Assembly: GCA_051313645.2 (NCBI GenBank)
Contig: JBNRSN020000133.1
Location: 992,001-1,056,000 of the forward strand
Length of the DNA: 64,000 nucleotides
DNA from: Centroscyllium fabricii
Lineage: Eukaryota
Direction: 5' to 3'
Positions within the stretch are counted from its first letter, which is position 1; each line of letters opens with the position of its first letter. The translations under genes and the position numbers were made by a program. Under the pieces are notes generated by a model. It did no database searches. It saw only the letters and a program-made list of their open reading frames with translations, and was not told the origin of the DNA. This document shows, one piece after another, positions 63,480-64,000 of this stretch.

Positions 63480-63700
63480 CAGACGTGAATTTCTGTCATG
63501 CCTTTCCGACCTCAGGACTTCCCAAACCGTCTTAAAGGAAATGAGGAACTTTCTGAAATGCAGTCATTGCCATAACATAGGAAACACGTCAGTCAATTAC
63601 GCACAACAAGCTCCCACAATCAGCAATGTGATAATGACCAGGTCATCTGCTTTATACGTTAGTTGAGGGACACATTTTGTCCAGCACATGGTGGAAATGG
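63480..63700 (-). mobile_element. DeuSINE fragment just upstream of the C1 acceptor
   Basis: CCTCAGGACTTCCCAAA...GCACAACAAGCTCCCACAATCAGCAATGTGATAATGACCAG. Confidence 0.7.
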
Positions 63701-63746
63701 TCCGATCGTCATTATAGAGACAGTAAGACTTTTTTTGTAATTGTAG

Positions 63747-64000
63747 CACCACAACGCACTCCACCAATCATCAGTCTCATCTACTCTGCAACTGACGAAC
63801 TGAGAGAAAATGGTTTTGTCCAACTGGTTTGCCTCATCAGCAAATACCAGCCAGAAAGCATTGGAGTGAGCTGGGAGAAGAACGGAAATGCCATACCGTC
63901 TGGCTTTACTACCTCAACACCAGTTAAAAATTCGAACGGAGACTTTAGCTCCACTAGCTTCCTTCAAGTCCCTCTGCAGGAATGGGCCAGCGGTTCTGTG
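63747..64000 (+). CDS. IgNAR: IgNAR constant domain 1 exon (runs off window end)
   Basis: Acceptor TTTTTTGTAATTGTAG|CA; phase matches J. (A)PQRTPPIISLIYSATDELRENGFVQLVCLISKYQPESIGVSWEKNGNAIPSGFTTSTPVKNSNGDFSSTSFLQVPLQEWASGSV is an IgNAR C1 signature. Absent from the supplied ORF track. Confidence 0.95.

Overview
This is eukaryotic genomic DNA from a cartilaginous fish, most likely a shark; the V, J and C1 sequences resemble my recollection of spiny-dogfish-type IgNAR. Most of the window is repeats: two large C-rich satellites (1-15.4 kb), a degraded Gypsy LTR element, many nested CR1/L2/Rex1 LINE fragments, Deu- and HE1-type SINEs, and Penelope-like ends carrying minimal hammerhead ribozyme motifs. 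The one clear gene is a + strand, unrearranged IgNAR (heavy-chain-only antibody) cluster. It has an octamer promoter (48265), leader exon (48391-48433), VNAR exon (48574-48850) with a 23-RSS, two RSS-flanked D segments (49107-49117, 49509-49521), a J segment (49899-49948), a 13.8-kb J-C intron, and a C1 exon (63747 to the window end). Most notable points: (i) only two free D segments instead of the usual three, plus a 3'-extended V, suggesting a germline V-D join; (ii) a 1-kb G-rich, switch-region-like tandem array on the non-template strand of the J-C intron, apparently born from a LINE fragment; (iii) an orphan, decayed IgM-CH3-like constant exon on the opposite strand about 19 kb upstream; (iv) a spacerless ~410-bp palindrome of Penelope ends with hammerhead motifs 2 kb upstream of the promoter. 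Repeat boundaries are read by eye and approximate. Family names come from motif recognition, not database searches.
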